64,000 nucleotides of DNA from Chiloscyllium plagiosum (lineage: Eukaryota). The stretch covers positions 77,915,929-77,979,928 of the forward strand of contig NC_057719.1 in NCBI RefSeq assembly GCF_004010195.1, read 5' to 3'. The position numbers were made by a program, and so were the translations under genes. A model generated the notes under the pieces. It ran no database searches, was not told where the DNA came from, and saw nothing but the letters and a program-made list of their open reading frames with translations. This document shows, piece by piece, positions 1-12,874 of the stretch (the stretch's first letter is position 1; every line of letters starts with the position of its first letter).

Positions 1-1887
1 CCTCTTGCCTGCCCACGCCTACCTCTCTCCCACCCAATTATTCCCTTTTTCCTGCTACACAACCTCTTGCTCACATCTCTTGCTTACTCTCACTGTCACT
101 TGCTATGTTGCAGTCATGGTCTTGCTCATCCTTTTTCACTCTCTTACCCACCTCCCTCCCCTGTCCATTTCCCTTCTTTTATTTCCATTTCTCAACTGTT
201 TAAATATTTTCTTAGTTAATGATTTTAATTTTCTTTTCTGTTTTTTAAAGCAGAGATTTTTTATTTCCTTTAATTCTACTGACATGAATTTATAACGTAT
301 CTGCTTAAATTTATCAGTTCTAACAACTCAAAGGCTACATGACCACACTAAAACACTTCAGCATCGGTAACAAGTTCCCCTGAGCTGACTTGATTTTCCA
401 AAATCAACTCTTGTACCTTCTGAACTGAACTTTAAGTTGTTATGAATGGAGATCATGGACTTTCTGTTCTGAAGTCAAAATTAACCTAATTGCCCTAGTC
501 AATTTACTGTACTGTTTCTGCAATAAATTCAACAGTTTTAATATTTTATCTGTTAACACGGGAATGTTCTAGGCAGCTGATTTGAAGTCACATGCCTTCT
601 TAAAAAATATGTATTAGATCAGTGTACATTGACTTTCTGCCCTTTTCAAAAAGAAAACCCCTTCACTGGACTAACCAAAGCCCACCTCTTTTTTTTCTTC
701 TTTTAAAAAAACCCAAATTCCAAAAAAAAAGGTTAATATACATTTTAATCACAGATTGCAAAAGTGAGATGGTGTGGAATAAATATTGGCTTCAGTCCAC
801 AGCGTAGAGCCAAGTTAGAATAGCCTTGACTCAGATAAGTTTGGCTATTGCACCTATGGAAGCTCTCGAACAAAGCTGTGCATTTAGATTTGTTGTGAGC
901 TTTCAATTTTATGTTCACCTTTACTCATACCTTTACATCTTTAGTGGATTCAACTTCTAGCATTGTTCCTGGGAGGGTATTCACTTTTGGAAGGAAATCT
1001 ATTTAAAAATTGTTTAAAAACACTTTCTCTTTCGTACCTATATAAGTTTAGGAAATCATGTAGATCAGAGTCATGCAGCATGTTAGTTAAAGACTAGCTG
1101 CAGCAGTGAGATAAGAAAGGATTTGTTTGAATTGTTCAAAGAGAAATAGAGGGCCGATATCAAAGGTTTCATTCACAAACTAATAAACTCTTCAGATGGA
1201 TGTGAATTTGAGTAATGAAACAGAAATTAGAGTGATTTAAGAGTCAGTTGGAATTTTAATGGGGAGACGAGATTTTTGAGATAAGTGATTATGATGGGAT
1301 AAATGGCATTTCTTTTTTGATCTTGATTTTGTGATTTCATAGTTCACATTTCAAATAGAACTCCTACACATCTTATGTTAATGGATGTCTTATGTTCCAG
1401 GATTTCAATGTAGTACAACTTCATTGTGGGAATTATCTCAGTTGTGAGACTGATTTATTTAGCGACAGAATTAATTGGGTCATTGTTTCAAAGAAACATG
1501 TCTTGTACAGGTAATATTTTACTCATTTTAATAATTTCCCTTGGGACTGAAACTCAAGGTCACTGTCTCTATTTATAGTGGTTGCAGGGTGAATAATCTA
1601 TGCCTGTGGAAAAAAAATCAGAGTTGCACGTTTTACACACGAGCCAATTCAAATCGCTTCACAAGCCAACTTCTGTTTTTTTATAGATTTTTTGATAGTT
1701 TGTACTTGCATTTAAATGATTTGAAACATCATGATCATGCCTGAAAATAGGAATATGAAAGTTGGAATTCAAATATATGATAGTATGCAATCATTGTTTA
1801 TAAGTAATGTTGTATGTACTCCAAATAAACAGCATTCAAGTGGTTCTGTTGTTGCAGAAATAAAATATTTTCATTTGTATTTTCTGG

Positions 1888-2180
1888 GGGTCCAGAACTA
1901 GCGGGCATCGGTTTAAGGTGAGAGGGGAAAGATTTAAAGGGACCTAAGAGGCAACCTTTTCACGCAAAGGGTGATGAGTGTATGGAATGAGTGCCAGAGG
2001 AAGTGGTAGAGGCTGATAGAAATACTTTAAAAGACATCAAGATGGGTATATGAATAGGAAGGATTTAGAGGGATATGGGCCAAGTGCTGGCAAATGGGAC
2101 TAGATTAGGTTAGGATATTTGGTCAGCAGGAAGAAGTTGGACCGAAGGGTCTGTTTCCGAGCTGTACATCTCTGACTCTA
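1888..2180 (+). mobile_element. CR1-clade LINE 3' end fragment
   Basis: End of ORF2 (tccagaactagcgggcatcggtttaaggtgagaggggaaagattt) and 3' UTR ending ttggaccgaagggtctgtttcc...ctctgactcta, shared with other copies in the window. Confidence 0.85.
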
Positions 2181-2249
2181 TATTTCAAACAAACCAAAGC
2201 ACCTTATTGCCAAAGAAGCACTTTTATGAACTGTTGTTATATCAGGAAA

Positions 2250-2940
2250 TATAGAACATAGAACAATACAGCACAGAACAGGCCCTTCGGCCCACGATGT
2301 TGTGCCGAACTTCTAACCTAGATTAAGTACCCATCCATGTACCTATCCAAATGCCGCTTAAAGGTCGCCAATGATTCCGACTCTACCACTCCCACGGGCA
2401 GCGCATTCCATGCCCCCACCACTCTCTGGGTAAAGAACCCACCCCTGACATCTCCCCTATACCTTCCACCCTTCACCTTAAATTTATGTCCCCTTGTAAC
2501 ACTCTGTTGTACCCGGGGAAAAAAGTTTCTGACTGTCTACTCTATCGATTCCTCTGATCATCTTATAAACCTCTATCAAGTCACCCATCATCCTTCGCCG
2601 TTCCAATCCATAGGCCTTCTTACAAACTCTATCCACCTGAGTGGCAACCTTCAAAGATCTATGTACATAGACCCCAAGATCCCTCTGTTCCTCCACCTGA
2701 CTAAGAACCCTACCATTAATCCTGTATTCCGCATTCTTATTTGTTCTTCCAAAATGGACAACCTCATACTTGGCAGGGTTGAACTCCATCTGCCACTCCT
2801 CAGCCCAGCTCTGCATCATATCTAAGTCCCTCTGCAGCCGACAACAGCCCTCCTCACTGTCCACAACTCCACCTATCTTCGTATCATCTGCAAATTTACT
2901 GACCCACCCTTTGACTCCCTCATCTAAGTCATTAATAAAA
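2250..2940 (-). mobile_element. CR1-clade LINE 3' portion, internally deleted
   Basis: ORF 2484..2864 gives [30 protein letters not shown]...EQRDLGVYVH; (catagaa)n tail at the left end. Confidence 0.9.
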
Positions 2941-2944
2941 AATA

Positions 2945-3170
2945 ACAGCTAACTTGCAAGAAGCAATGAGGTATGACCTGACAATCTGTTAGTAATATTG
3001 ATAAAGGGGTAAATATTGGCCAGAATTCTAGGAAAATTTCCGAAATCTTTAAAAAAAATTCAAAAGGATCCTTTTTGGGTCCTCCTGAGTGAACTCTAAG
3101 TATATAGACTCTCTCCAACTACAAGCCCCATCCTTATTCCAACGCAAGTATTTGTTTTGTTTATGGATGT
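2945..3170 (-). mobile_element. Decayed Deu-domain (SacSINE1-like) SINE fragment
   Basis: aaggggtaaatattggccagaa... resembles the copies at 9655-9965 and 20455-20860; family recognised from memory. Confidence 0.5.
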
Positions 3171-4837
3171 GCAAAGACTTTTCTAAAAAAAACTGCTTTG
3201 CTACGAGCCTGCCTCTTTCAGATCTACATTTGTTCATGCATATACCCATTTAGCTATCCTGAACAGCAAGTTGTAACTTTTCTGCTGCGATCTATTATCA
3301 GGCAAAAATCTGCATCATGGTAGATGTCAAGATAGAAAGCTGAAATGAATTTGTGAGTTAACATCAAGATATGCTTAGCTTTATTCTATATTTAAAAATT
3401 AAAATACAGGAGAAAAAAAATTTTATGCATGAAATTTGCACCAACAAGGCACAAGGAAAAACACAAGGGACATTCACACAGGAACATTCATGCTGGCAAG
3501 TATCTTAAACAGTTCAAGTAACTACTGACTCTATATTCACTTATTCATTGTCCCTGAAACCTGTAACTCCCAACGTTTTACCATCAATGCGTCTTAATTT
3601 ACTACTCTTCTTTGGACAATGGCGAATGACAATTATTTTGAAATTAATACTACAACGTGTGTGAGAATTAGAAAACTACATTCAGGTTAACAAAATCTTT
3701 TCTAGGATTTAAGAAACAGCAAAATCGAACTGAACATAATAGCACTTTGCTGCTGCTTCTCGAGGCCCATAAATCACATGAAGATGGTATTTGAACACTA
3801 ACTAATGCTTAAATTTGAGCATTTGATAGTGAGTGCTGTAACTCAATAAAACCTGGATGCATTTAGCATTTCACTTAACCTAAAATGTTGTATACTGCTA
3901 GAGAGCTGAAATTAGTTAAACTAGTTTACAACTACCTGTAATCAGATCTTACTTGCTTATCAACCGTTGGTGACTCTGTTCACTGGAATCTGAGTTCATA
4001 GATTGATTTTAAAAAGTGGTGATCCGAGCTAGGGAGCTAAAGGTGATGAGGCCTGAACACTGTCGGTCTCAGGCAGTAACAATGTGTTCATTTGGTGATT
4101 GTAGAACTTGGGAGACAGAAAACTGAAACTAAAGGCCAGTTTTCTAATTCCTGTTGTTGCGAAATGCTGTTAAGGAGATAGTAGCAGATCATTGTATTAT
4201 ATTCACCTCCGACATAGTCAATATGGTTTTATGAAAGAGAAATTGACAGTTTTATTTGTGGATGTAACAAGCAGGGTAGATAAAGTGGAAGCAGTTGATA
4301 TTGTGGATTTGGATTTCTAAATTGTATTTCATAACATGCCACATTGTAACTTAATGAACAAGATACAAACTCAGTGCTGAGGGTAAAAAATTGGAACAGA
4401 AAATTGAGTACCAGGGAACACTTGGGATAAATTTGTCATTTCAGTTTAGCAAACTTCATCCAGTGGAGTCCTGCATGGGCTTGATTTGGCCTCCACTATT
4501 TTCAATCTATGTTCATGACTTGGTTAACAAGGCTGACGGTTGCAGCCAAGTTACAAAGATAAGTGGGAAAGCAAGTTGTGAGGAGAATCCAAAGAATCTG
4601 AAAATTGATATATATGTGGATCAAGCAAATGGGCAGAAATTTGGCAGATGGAGTGTAATAATGGCAAGGTTGTCCATTTTTGCAGGAAGAATTTAAAATA
4701 TTAAATATTATTGAAATGGGGGGTACTGGACCATGATGCAGTATTGTGGAATATACCATGCATAAAATTAGTATGCTGGTACAACACATGATTATGAAGG
4801 CAAATAGAATATTCACGTTTACTACAAATGGTGGAGT

Positions 4838-5365
4838 GCCAAGATTTGTAGCTCGGGTGCTCGTTGTTGTGGTTCTGTTCGCCGAGCTGGAAGTTTTTGT
4901 TGCAAACGTTTCGTCCCCTGGCTAGGCGACATCATCAGTGCTTGGGAGCCTCCTGCGAAGCGCTTCTTTGATGTTTCCTCCGGTGTTTATAGTGGTCTGT
5001 CCCTGCCGCTTCCGGTTGTCAGTTTCAGCTGTCCGCTGTAGTGATTGGTATATTGGGTCCAGGTCGATGTGGTTGCTATATTGGGTCCAGGTTGATGGAG
5101 TTTGTGGATGAATGCCATGCCTCTAGAAATCCCCTGGCTGTTCTCTGTCTGGCTTGCCCTATGATAGTAGTGTTGTCCCAGTCGAATTCATGTTGCTTGT
5201 TGTCTGCGTGTGTGGCTACTAAGGATAGCTGGTCGTGTCGTTTCGTGGCGAGTTGATGTTCATGTATGCGGATTGTTAGCTGTTGTTGGTTTGTGTGCCG
5301 TTATGAGTCCTAGGGGTCGCAGTAGTCTGGCTGTCAGTTCCGAGATGCTTCTGATGTATACACTT
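4838..5365 (-). mobile_element. Penelope-like element (family C, Poseidon-like), 3' fragment with GIY-YIG C-terminus and hammerhead; 13-bp TSD
   Basis: Minus-strand translation includes [32 protein letters not shown]; caaatggtggagt at 4825-4837 and 5366-5378. Confidence 0.85.
4902..4941 (-). ncRNA. Minimal type-I hammerhead ribozyme motif (PLE family C)
   Basis: Minus strand GCA-CUGAUGA-U-GUCGCCU(AGCC)AGGGGAC-GAAAC-GUU-UGC: intact core, stem II with one G.G mismatch, palindromic helix III ACGU, 3-bp stem I. Confidence 0.75.
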
Positions 5366-7812
5366 CAAATGGTGGAGTATAAAATTGCTGAAATGTTCCT
5401 ACCACTATACAGGACATTGACCTATCGTGCAGTGTGCAATTTTTGATTTCTTCATTGAAGGAGGTGTGTATTTGCATTAGAAACAGTTCAGAAAAGGTCC
5501 TTTGGAATGAAGGGATTTTCTTATGATGACATATTGAGCCTCCTGTCATTATAAGCAAAGTCATAAATCATTCCAATTAGGTACCACAAAATTAATTTCC
5601 TTTATAAAATAAGTATCATATTTCATACAGTTTTTCACCCTCATTCCCTTCATGGCACCAGTCGTAAGGTTCAGACCTTCAGTGTGACCACTTGATTCTT
5701 GTTTCTAAATGATGAATATGAGTGGAAGAGGGCATCACAGTCAAGCCAGATTAGATTTGTTCCAATTATTTTATTTTGTTAAGGGTCCATTGATAGCAAT
5801 TGAGAGTAGTGATTCATCTCTGTACAGTCCAAGGATTGAAATTAAGTGCTGCTGCTTTGACATTGTGTAATATTTCCAGCAAGCAATAAATTTACCCGTT
5901 AGCACATTCAGCATACCTGGAAGGGTCTCATTAAACTTCAGTCTGCTGGAACAAAGTATAAACCAGCCTTACACACATGTTCCTGAACTCTCTTCTGATA
6001 TATGGTGATGTCCTGGACCCATCTATTTTGCTATTGAGTCATTTGATGATCACAATAGTTAATCAGATACTGTGTTTTTACCCTAAATATGTCACTATTT
6101 CAAAGCAGGCTTTAGAATGAAGCCTAAGAAGCAAATAACACTAATTATAATCATTCAGATTCTTTTATCTGTTGCACTTTTTGTTTTATTCTAAAATGCT
6201 TAGTCTGTGTCTTGTCTTTGAGAGGATAATTTAGTAAATTCTTAGAAGTGTAGCTTCATCAATCTGCTTTCATTTATTTCAATGAAATCTGATAAATGCA
6301 AAAAAAAATCAGGAGACTGTGTATCCCATAAGCAACTATAAGTTTGTGCTTTATCTTCGAAGCATCCAGTAATAACATTAACTCATCTCCTACTAGAAAA
6401 TCTTCTGGGAGGAGGTTGGTTTTTCAGAACTGAACAGTAAGTTCTAATCTTTATAGAGCGTGAAGCAGAACCGCTGATTGTTAACTCTGATTATGTTTTC
6501 AGAGATGATGCTGACCTGAGTATTTTCAGCATTTTTTGGTTTATATTTCAGATTTTCTTCTTCTGCAGTATTTTATTTTAGTACTTGAAAAATATCAGAC
6601 CATATATCTTTCAACGGTTCTGTGAATTGCCTCTCCACTCCCCCTTGATCAACTTCACAAATCCACGGCTGGGCATGTAAAACCTTGCAACAATACAGAT
6701 TTATTTAAAATGACTTGCACATACAAAAACTTTTGAGAATATCCTCTGGAGACTTGCTAATTCTGAGACAATTCTGCTTGCTTTGAGAAATTTATCTTGA
6801 AAGTTAATGATAATCTCATTTCATTCAGTGTATCTTTGGATCCAGAGAAGAAATAGTTTCCTGCAGCTGCCTATCAGCACAACTCGTTTTATGAAAAAAA
6901 TCTCAATACGTTAAATAGTATTAAACTGAAAACATGTCTATATCCTCCCCATTTCATCAATTTATCAGATTGTAGAATCTCTGCTGTTTCAAAATGACAT
7001 GTATAGTTTGTATTGGCACTACTTTGTTTCTCCATGTTATATTCCTTGTTATGATGCACCATTCCAGCACTCACTTTCTACTTCACTGTGACCAAAGGAA
7101 TGTTGCTTTCTCTGTCATTCATATGCTGATTGCTGTCACATCCAGTCCCTTTTGAAATTGATGTACTTTTGTTAAAACAAATTAGCTATGGAGAAATACG
7201 TTAATGTTTTGGGGAAACTTTCAAGAATAGTACTTCATGTGCTAAACGTTGTTTCTGCATAATTTCTCTCATTCATTTGGCCAAGAATTTGATCCTCAAA
7301 AAGAATATACATTCTATCCATTGCTGGGCATCACCTTTCTAACTCAAACAAATTTGAAAGCAAGTTATAAGCTACTCACATAGATTCTTGAATACATTTT
7401 TCGATTTCTAATCTGTTAACTTTTGAGGTCAGGTAGCAATGAACTGCATAAGTTTACTCATTTCTTTCATGACCCCATTTAAGCACTTCATTTTGTTGAT
7501 ACATAATCAGCATTGTTTCTTTCAGAGTGTTCACACTTGAAAGAACATTGATAGAGTTTAGCATTGGTCATTGTTTCAGTTCCATGTGTAATGCAGCTCC
7601 CTTGCAGTATAGACTTTTACAACATCTGCATAACAAGTTTTAAGGCTGTTTATATTTAAAAAGCTATGACCTATGTTTATGTGCCCCTTCCCATACTGTA
7701 GTCACAAATCCATTTTTTTGGATTTGTGCACTCACCATTAGAATCACTCCTGGTAATTTTTCCCTGGTTTTGCCAACTTTGTTGTTACCCTATTGATATC
7801 AGCATTCAGTTT

Positions 7813-8109
7813 ATTAGATTAGATTTCTTATGTGGAAACAGGCCCTTAGGCCCAACAAGTCCACACCAACCTTCTGAAGAACAACCCACCCAGACCCACT
7901 CCCTACATTTACCCCTTCGCCTAACACTACGGGCAATTTAGCATAGCCAATTCACCTGACCTGCACATTTTTGGACTCCTGGAGGAAACCCACGCAGACA
8001 CTGGGAGAATGTGCAAACTCCACACAGCCAGTTGCCTGAGGTGGGAATTGAACTCTGGCCTCTGGCACTGTGAGGCAGCAATGCTAACAACTGTGCCACC
8101 ATGCTGCCC
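7813..8109 (-). mobile_element. tRNA-derived V-SINE (HE1-like)
   Basis: tRNA-like head with A/B boxes, V-domain (gtgtggagtttgcacattctccc...tgcgtgggtttcctcc), LINE-like tail and (aatct)n end. Confidence 0.88.
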
Positions 8110-8174
8110 GTTTAAATGAAGATGTTCACGCGAGAGATTTCTAAAGTAGGCAGAAGTGGAATAGGGCTTACATG

Positions 8175-9645
8175 GATCAGTGGTTCTGGAAGAGCATAGC
8201 AATTCAGGCAGCATCCAACAAGCAGCAAAATCAAAGTTTCGAGCAAAAGCCCTTCATCAGGAATAAAGGCAGTTATCCTGAAGGGTGGAGAGATAAGCTA
8301 GGGGAGGGTGGGGGTGGGGAGAGAGTAGCATAGAGTACAATAGGTGAGCGGGGGAGGAGATGAAGGTGATAGGTCAGGGAGGAGAGGGTGGAGTGGATAG
8401 ATGGAAAAGGAGCTAGGCAGGTCGGACAAGTCCGGACAAGTCATGGGGACAGTGCTGAGCTGGAAGTTTGAAACTAGGATGAGGTGGGGGAAGGGGAAAT
8501 GAGGAAGCTGTTGAAGTCCACATTGATGCCCTGGGGTTGAAGTGTTCCGNNNNNNNNNNNNNNNNNNNNNNNNNNNNNNNNNNNNNNNNNNNNNNNNNNN
8601 NNNNNNNNNNNNNNNNNNNNNNNNNNNNNNNNNNNNNNNNNNNNNNNNNNNNNNNNNNNNNNNNNNNNNNNNNNNNNNNNNNNNNNNNNNNNNNNNNNNN
8701 NNNNNNNNNNNNNNNNNNNNNNNNNNNNNNNNNNNNNNNNNNNNNNNNNNNNNNNNNNNNNNNNNNNNNNNNNNNNNNNNNNNNNNNNNNNNNNNNNNNN
8801 NNNNNNNNNNNNNNNNNNNNNNNNNNNNNNNNNNNNNNNNNNNNNNNNNNNNNNNNNNNNNNNNNNNNNNNNNNNNNNNNNNNNNNNNNNNNNNNNNNNN
8901 NNNNNNNNNNNNNNNNNNNNNNNNNNNNNNNNNNNNNNNNNNNNNNNNNNNNNNNNNNNNNNNNNNNNNNNNNNNNNNNNNNNNNNNNNNNNNNNNNNNN
9001 NNNNNNNNNNNNNNNNNNNNNNNNNNNNNNNNNNNNNNNNNNNNNNNNNNNNNNNNNNNNNNNNNNNNNNNNNNNNNNNNNNNNNNNNNNNNNNNNNNNN
9101 NNNNNNNNNNNNNNNNNNNNNNNNNNNNNNNNNNNNNNNNNNGAGAGGTCCAGGAAGGGGAGGGAGGTGTCACAGATGGTCCAGGTAAATTTAAGGTCAG
9201 GGTGGAATGTGTTAGTGAAGTTGATGAATTGCTCAACCTCCTCGCGGGAGCACGAGGTGGCGCCAATGCAGTCATCAATGTAGCGGAGGAAGAGGTGGGG
9301 AGTGAAGCCGGTGTAATTACGGAAGATCAACTGTTCTACGTAGCCAACAAAGAGACAGGCATTGCTGGCGCCCATACGTGTGCCCATGGCTACCTCTTTG
9401 GTCTGGAGGAAGTGAGAGGATTCAAAGGAGAAATTGTTAAGGGTGAGGACCAGTTCGGCCAAACGAATGAGTGTGTCGGTGGAAGGGTACTGTTGGGGAC
9501 GTCTGGAGAGGAAAAAATGGAGGGCTTGAAGGCCCTGGTCATGGTGGATGGAGGTGTAGAGGGATTGGATATCCATGGTGAAGATGAGGCGTTGGGGGCC
9601 GGGGAAACAGAAGTCTTGGAGGAGGTGGAGGGCGTGGATGGTGTT
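8175..9645 (-). mobile_element. Penelope-like element (family A, Neptune-like): RT, GIY-YIG C-terminus and 3' end with decayed hammerhead; spans the gap
   Basis: MDIQSLYTSI...AMGTRMG...FLRYIDD...LPFLDL is a PLE RT; past the gap one frame reads GTLQPQGINVDF; 3' end attcctgatgaagggcttttgctcgaaac. Confidence 0.9.
8550..9142. other. Assembly gap (593 N)
   Basis: Run of N. Confidence 1.
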
Positions 9646-9654
9646 CTTACATGT

Positions 9655-9965
9655 AAATAGTACTTTTTTATGTCACATGGATGTTCCAAAGCTCTTTGCA
9701 GTAAGTAATTTGCTTTTTAAATTTGGACACTAAAGCAGTGTTGTAGCCAATTTGCATGTAGCAAAGTTCCACAAGAAGTAGTGAATAAACATGTTTAGAC
9801 AGTGTTGGTTGAGGGATAAATGTCGGACAGAGCACTTCGTGAATGCTTCACTGACTTCAAGTAGTCTTCTGAGTTTGTTTTCATCCTCCCGCACAAGCAT
9901 GGTAAGAGAGGCCTCTTTTAAAAGACAGAACCTCCAACAAAGCAACAGTCCCTCAATGCTGCAAA
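9655..9965 (-). mobile_element. Decayed Deu-domain (SacSINE1-like) SINE
   Basis: gccaatttgcatgtagcaaagttccacaa...gttggttgagggataaat...aaaagacagaacctccaacaaagcaacagtccctcaatgctgca resembles the Deu core as I recall it. Confidence 0.6.
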
Positions 9966-9966
9966 G

Positions 9967-12480
9967 AATTTATTGCAAAAATTTACTGTGTGATGTAACT
10001 GAAATTATATATTGAAAAATTGATTGTCTGTTGAGCCTTTCATCTGTATGAATACCATGATAGTTTCACTTTCATGTGTAAATCACAAAACCTTTTTTTT
10101 AAGTTGCATTCTCAGGTTAGCTGTTAACAATTGGTGATAGCTAGACAATATGTTGAAGGTGTTAGCCCCCTGTGTTCTCTGTCTATGCCATGATGTTTAG
10201 ATTGATTCTAATCTAAAAAGTGAGGTAACAGAGTTTTACATGAATTCATGCAGTTTTTGATCTGAGTACTTCATCCCACGTACTTCTCATGTAGGCGACT
10301 TCTACACAAAGCCAACACACCAGGACGTCCCATCGTGTAGGGAAATGGGACCCTATGTGAGAATCTCTCTGGCTATGTTGAAGGCATCTTGAAACCTATT
10401 GTACAGGGGGTCTCCAGCTTCAGTCACGACACTATGGATTTCTTACAGAAACTCAGCACCCACGGACCAGTCGAACCAGGAACATTCCTCGTCACAACGG
10501 ATGTTTCCGCACTCTACACCAGCATCCCCTACAATGATGGCATCGTGGCAACAGCTTCAGTCCTCAACACCAACAACTGCCAATCTCCAAACACTATCCT
10601 ACAACTCATCCGCTTTATCCTCGATCACAACATCTTCACCTTTGACAACCAGTTCTTCATCCAGATACATGAAACAGCCATGGGGACCAAATTTGCACCC
10701 CAATATGCTAACATTTTTATGCACAGGTTCAAACAAGACTTCTTCTCTATGCAGGATCTCCAACCAATGTTATACACCAGGTACATTAACGACATTTTCT
10801 TCCTCTAGACCCATGGCGAGGAGGAGTCACTGGTAAAACTACACAGTGCCATCAACAAGTTTCATCCCATCATCAAACTCACCATGGACTACTCTCGACT
10901 ATCTGTCTCATTCTTGGACACGTGCATCTCCACAAGGATGGACACCTCAGCACGACACTCTACCGCAAACCCACAGACAACCTCACAGTGCTACACTTCT
11001 CCAGCTTCCACCCAAGACATATTAAAACAGCCATCCCCTATGGACAAGCCCTACGCGTACACCGGATCTGCTTAGATGAGTAGGAATGTGATGGACACCT
11101 GGAAGTACTCGTGGATGCTCTAACAAGAACGGGGTATGATGCCCAACTCATTGGCCGCCAGTTCCGATGTGCCACAGTAAGGAACCGTAATGACCTCCTC
11201 TGGTGACGACATGTGCTGCAACTGACAGAGTACCCTTCGTTGTTCAGTATTTCCAGGACCTGAAAAACTACGCCATGTTCTTCGTGAGCTGCAACACATT
11301 ATCAATGAGGATGAGCACCTCACCAAGACTTTCCTCATACCTCCACTACTTGCGTTTAAGCAACTGCCAAACCTCAAACAGAACATTATTTGTCGCGAGC
11401 TGCCCGGCTCTCAGGACAACTCCATACATCCCTGTCACCCTGCAAGACGTGTCAGAGCGTGGACATAGATACCACCATTACAGGTGGGGACACCTCCCAC
11501 CTTGTACATGGCAGGTACTCATGTGACTCAGCCAACGTTGTCTATCTTGTACATTGTAGGCAAGGATACCCTGAGGCACTGTACATTGGGGAAACCAAGC
11601 AAAGGCTACGACAACGGATGAATGGGCACTGCACAACAATCAACAGACAGGAGTGCTCCCTCCCAGGTGGGGAACACTTCAACGGTCCAGGACATTCGAC
11701 CTCGGACCTTCGGGTGACCGTCCTCCAAGGCAGACTTTGGGACAGGCAACAGCGAAAAGTGGCCAAGCAGAGGCTGATTGCTAAGTTCGGGACCCACAGG
11801 GAGGGCCTCAACCAGGACCTTGGGTTCATGTCACATTACAAGTGACCATCATTGTACTATGCGCACACGCACTCTCTCTCACCCTTACAGACACACACAC
11901 TCCCACACACACACTCTCGTGCACGCCCTCACAGACTTAAGACATTCTACACTCACTACACACACATACACATTGTCTCACACTCAACCCCGCGCGCGCG
12001 CACACACACACAAAGATCCACATGTACACACATATTTTGTGGGGTGAATTTGTACTCGCAGGGTTACGTTGTACTTTGCTGAAAAACTGCATGAATTAAT
12101 ATAAAACTCAGTTATCTCACTTTTTAGAATCAATCTAAACATCGTGGCATAGACAGAGAACACAGGGGGCTAGCACCTTCAACATATTGTCTAGCTATCG
12201 TCCATCGTTAACAGCTAACCTGAGAACGCTATTTTTAATATAAAAAGGTTTTGTGATTTACACATAAAAGTGAAGCTATCATGGTATTCAAACAGATGAA
12301 AGACTCAATAGACAATCAATTTTTCCATGTATAATTTCAGTTACATCACACTAAATTTTTGCTATAATTTCTGTGTATTAGGATTGAGCCCTTGACTATC
12401 ACCTGATGAAGGAGCGACGCTCCGAAAGCTAGTGTGCTTCCAATTAAACCTGTTGGACTATAACCTGGTGTTGTGATTGT
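9967..12480 (+). mobile_element. Penelope-like element (family B, Neptune-like), 5'-truncated: disrupted RT plus GIY-YIG, CA-rich 3' region, inverted pseudo-LTR
   Basis: DVSALYTSIP...AMGTKFAPQYANIFM...YTRYIND (RT); CDSANVVYLVHC...YIGETKQRLRQRMNGH...EHFNGPGH...GLN (GIY-YIG); stops and frameshifts; 9967-10259 is an inverted copy of 12080-12369. Confidence 0.93.
12400..12434 (+). ncRNA. Minimal type-I hammerhead ribozyme motif (PLE family B)
   Basis: CAC-CUGAUGA-A-GGAGC(GAC)GCUCC-GAAA-GC-UA-GUG; helix III palindrome AGCU; predicted cut after A12431. Confidence 0.8.
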
Positions 12481-12831
12481 TAAATTCTTATAAAAGTTCA
12501 GTGATTTTGAGGTTCTTATAGACAAAATTGTATTATGCATAATAATTTGTTTTATAGATTTATTTTAAATGGGCATTTAAATATTGTATTAGTGTTCAGT
12601 TGCTACACCTGATAGACCTATTATAGGAACACTGCTTCACTCTATTCTCACTGTATTCAAAATGTATGAGCAGGTAAGGAAAGAGTTAAGTTTAGGGTTG
12701 CATGACAAAGGTTCAGCTGCATGACTTTGACCAGATAAGGACTTGCAGTCAACAACGAGGTACTGGAGGCACGGATAGTGGTTTAACAAGGTGAAGAGCA
12801 TCCATTGTGTCATGCCAGTTAACAAGGTGAA

Positions 12832-12874
12832 GAAGCACCTGATGAAGTAGCGGTGCTCCGAAAGCTAGTGCTTC
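12832..12874 (+). ncRNA. Minimal type-I hammerhead ribozyme motif (family B, solo 3'-end copy)
   Basis: GAAGCAC-CUGAUGA-A-GUAGC(GGU)GCUCC-GAAAGCUA-GUGCUUC; 7-bp stem I, one mismatch in stem II. Confidence 0.72.

Larger units (their letters stand above)
4205..5520 (+). mobile_element. Old CR1 LINE RT fragment, split by a Penelope-like insertion at 4838-5365
   Basis: Decayed RT motifs (gcagttgatattgtggatttggatttc); sequence resumes after the duplicated caaatggtggagt. Confidence 0.65.

Noticed and set aside
3767..3776. Single Pbx-Hox motif (CCATAAATCA)
   Set aside because: An isolated 10-mer in AT-rich DNA; cannot be told from chance without conservation data.
8298..9660. Long ORFs of 248-387 aa
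   Set aside because: Their length comes from translating through the N gap; only the minus-strand RT portion is meaningful.
11860..12035. Independent (CA)n microsatellite or His/Thr-rich ORF
   Set aside because: Low-complexity sequence in the 3' region of the PLE.
9967..12369. DNA transposon with terminal inverted repeats
   Set aside because: The interior encodes RT and GIY-YIG rather than a transposase; it is an inverted PLE pseudo-LTR.
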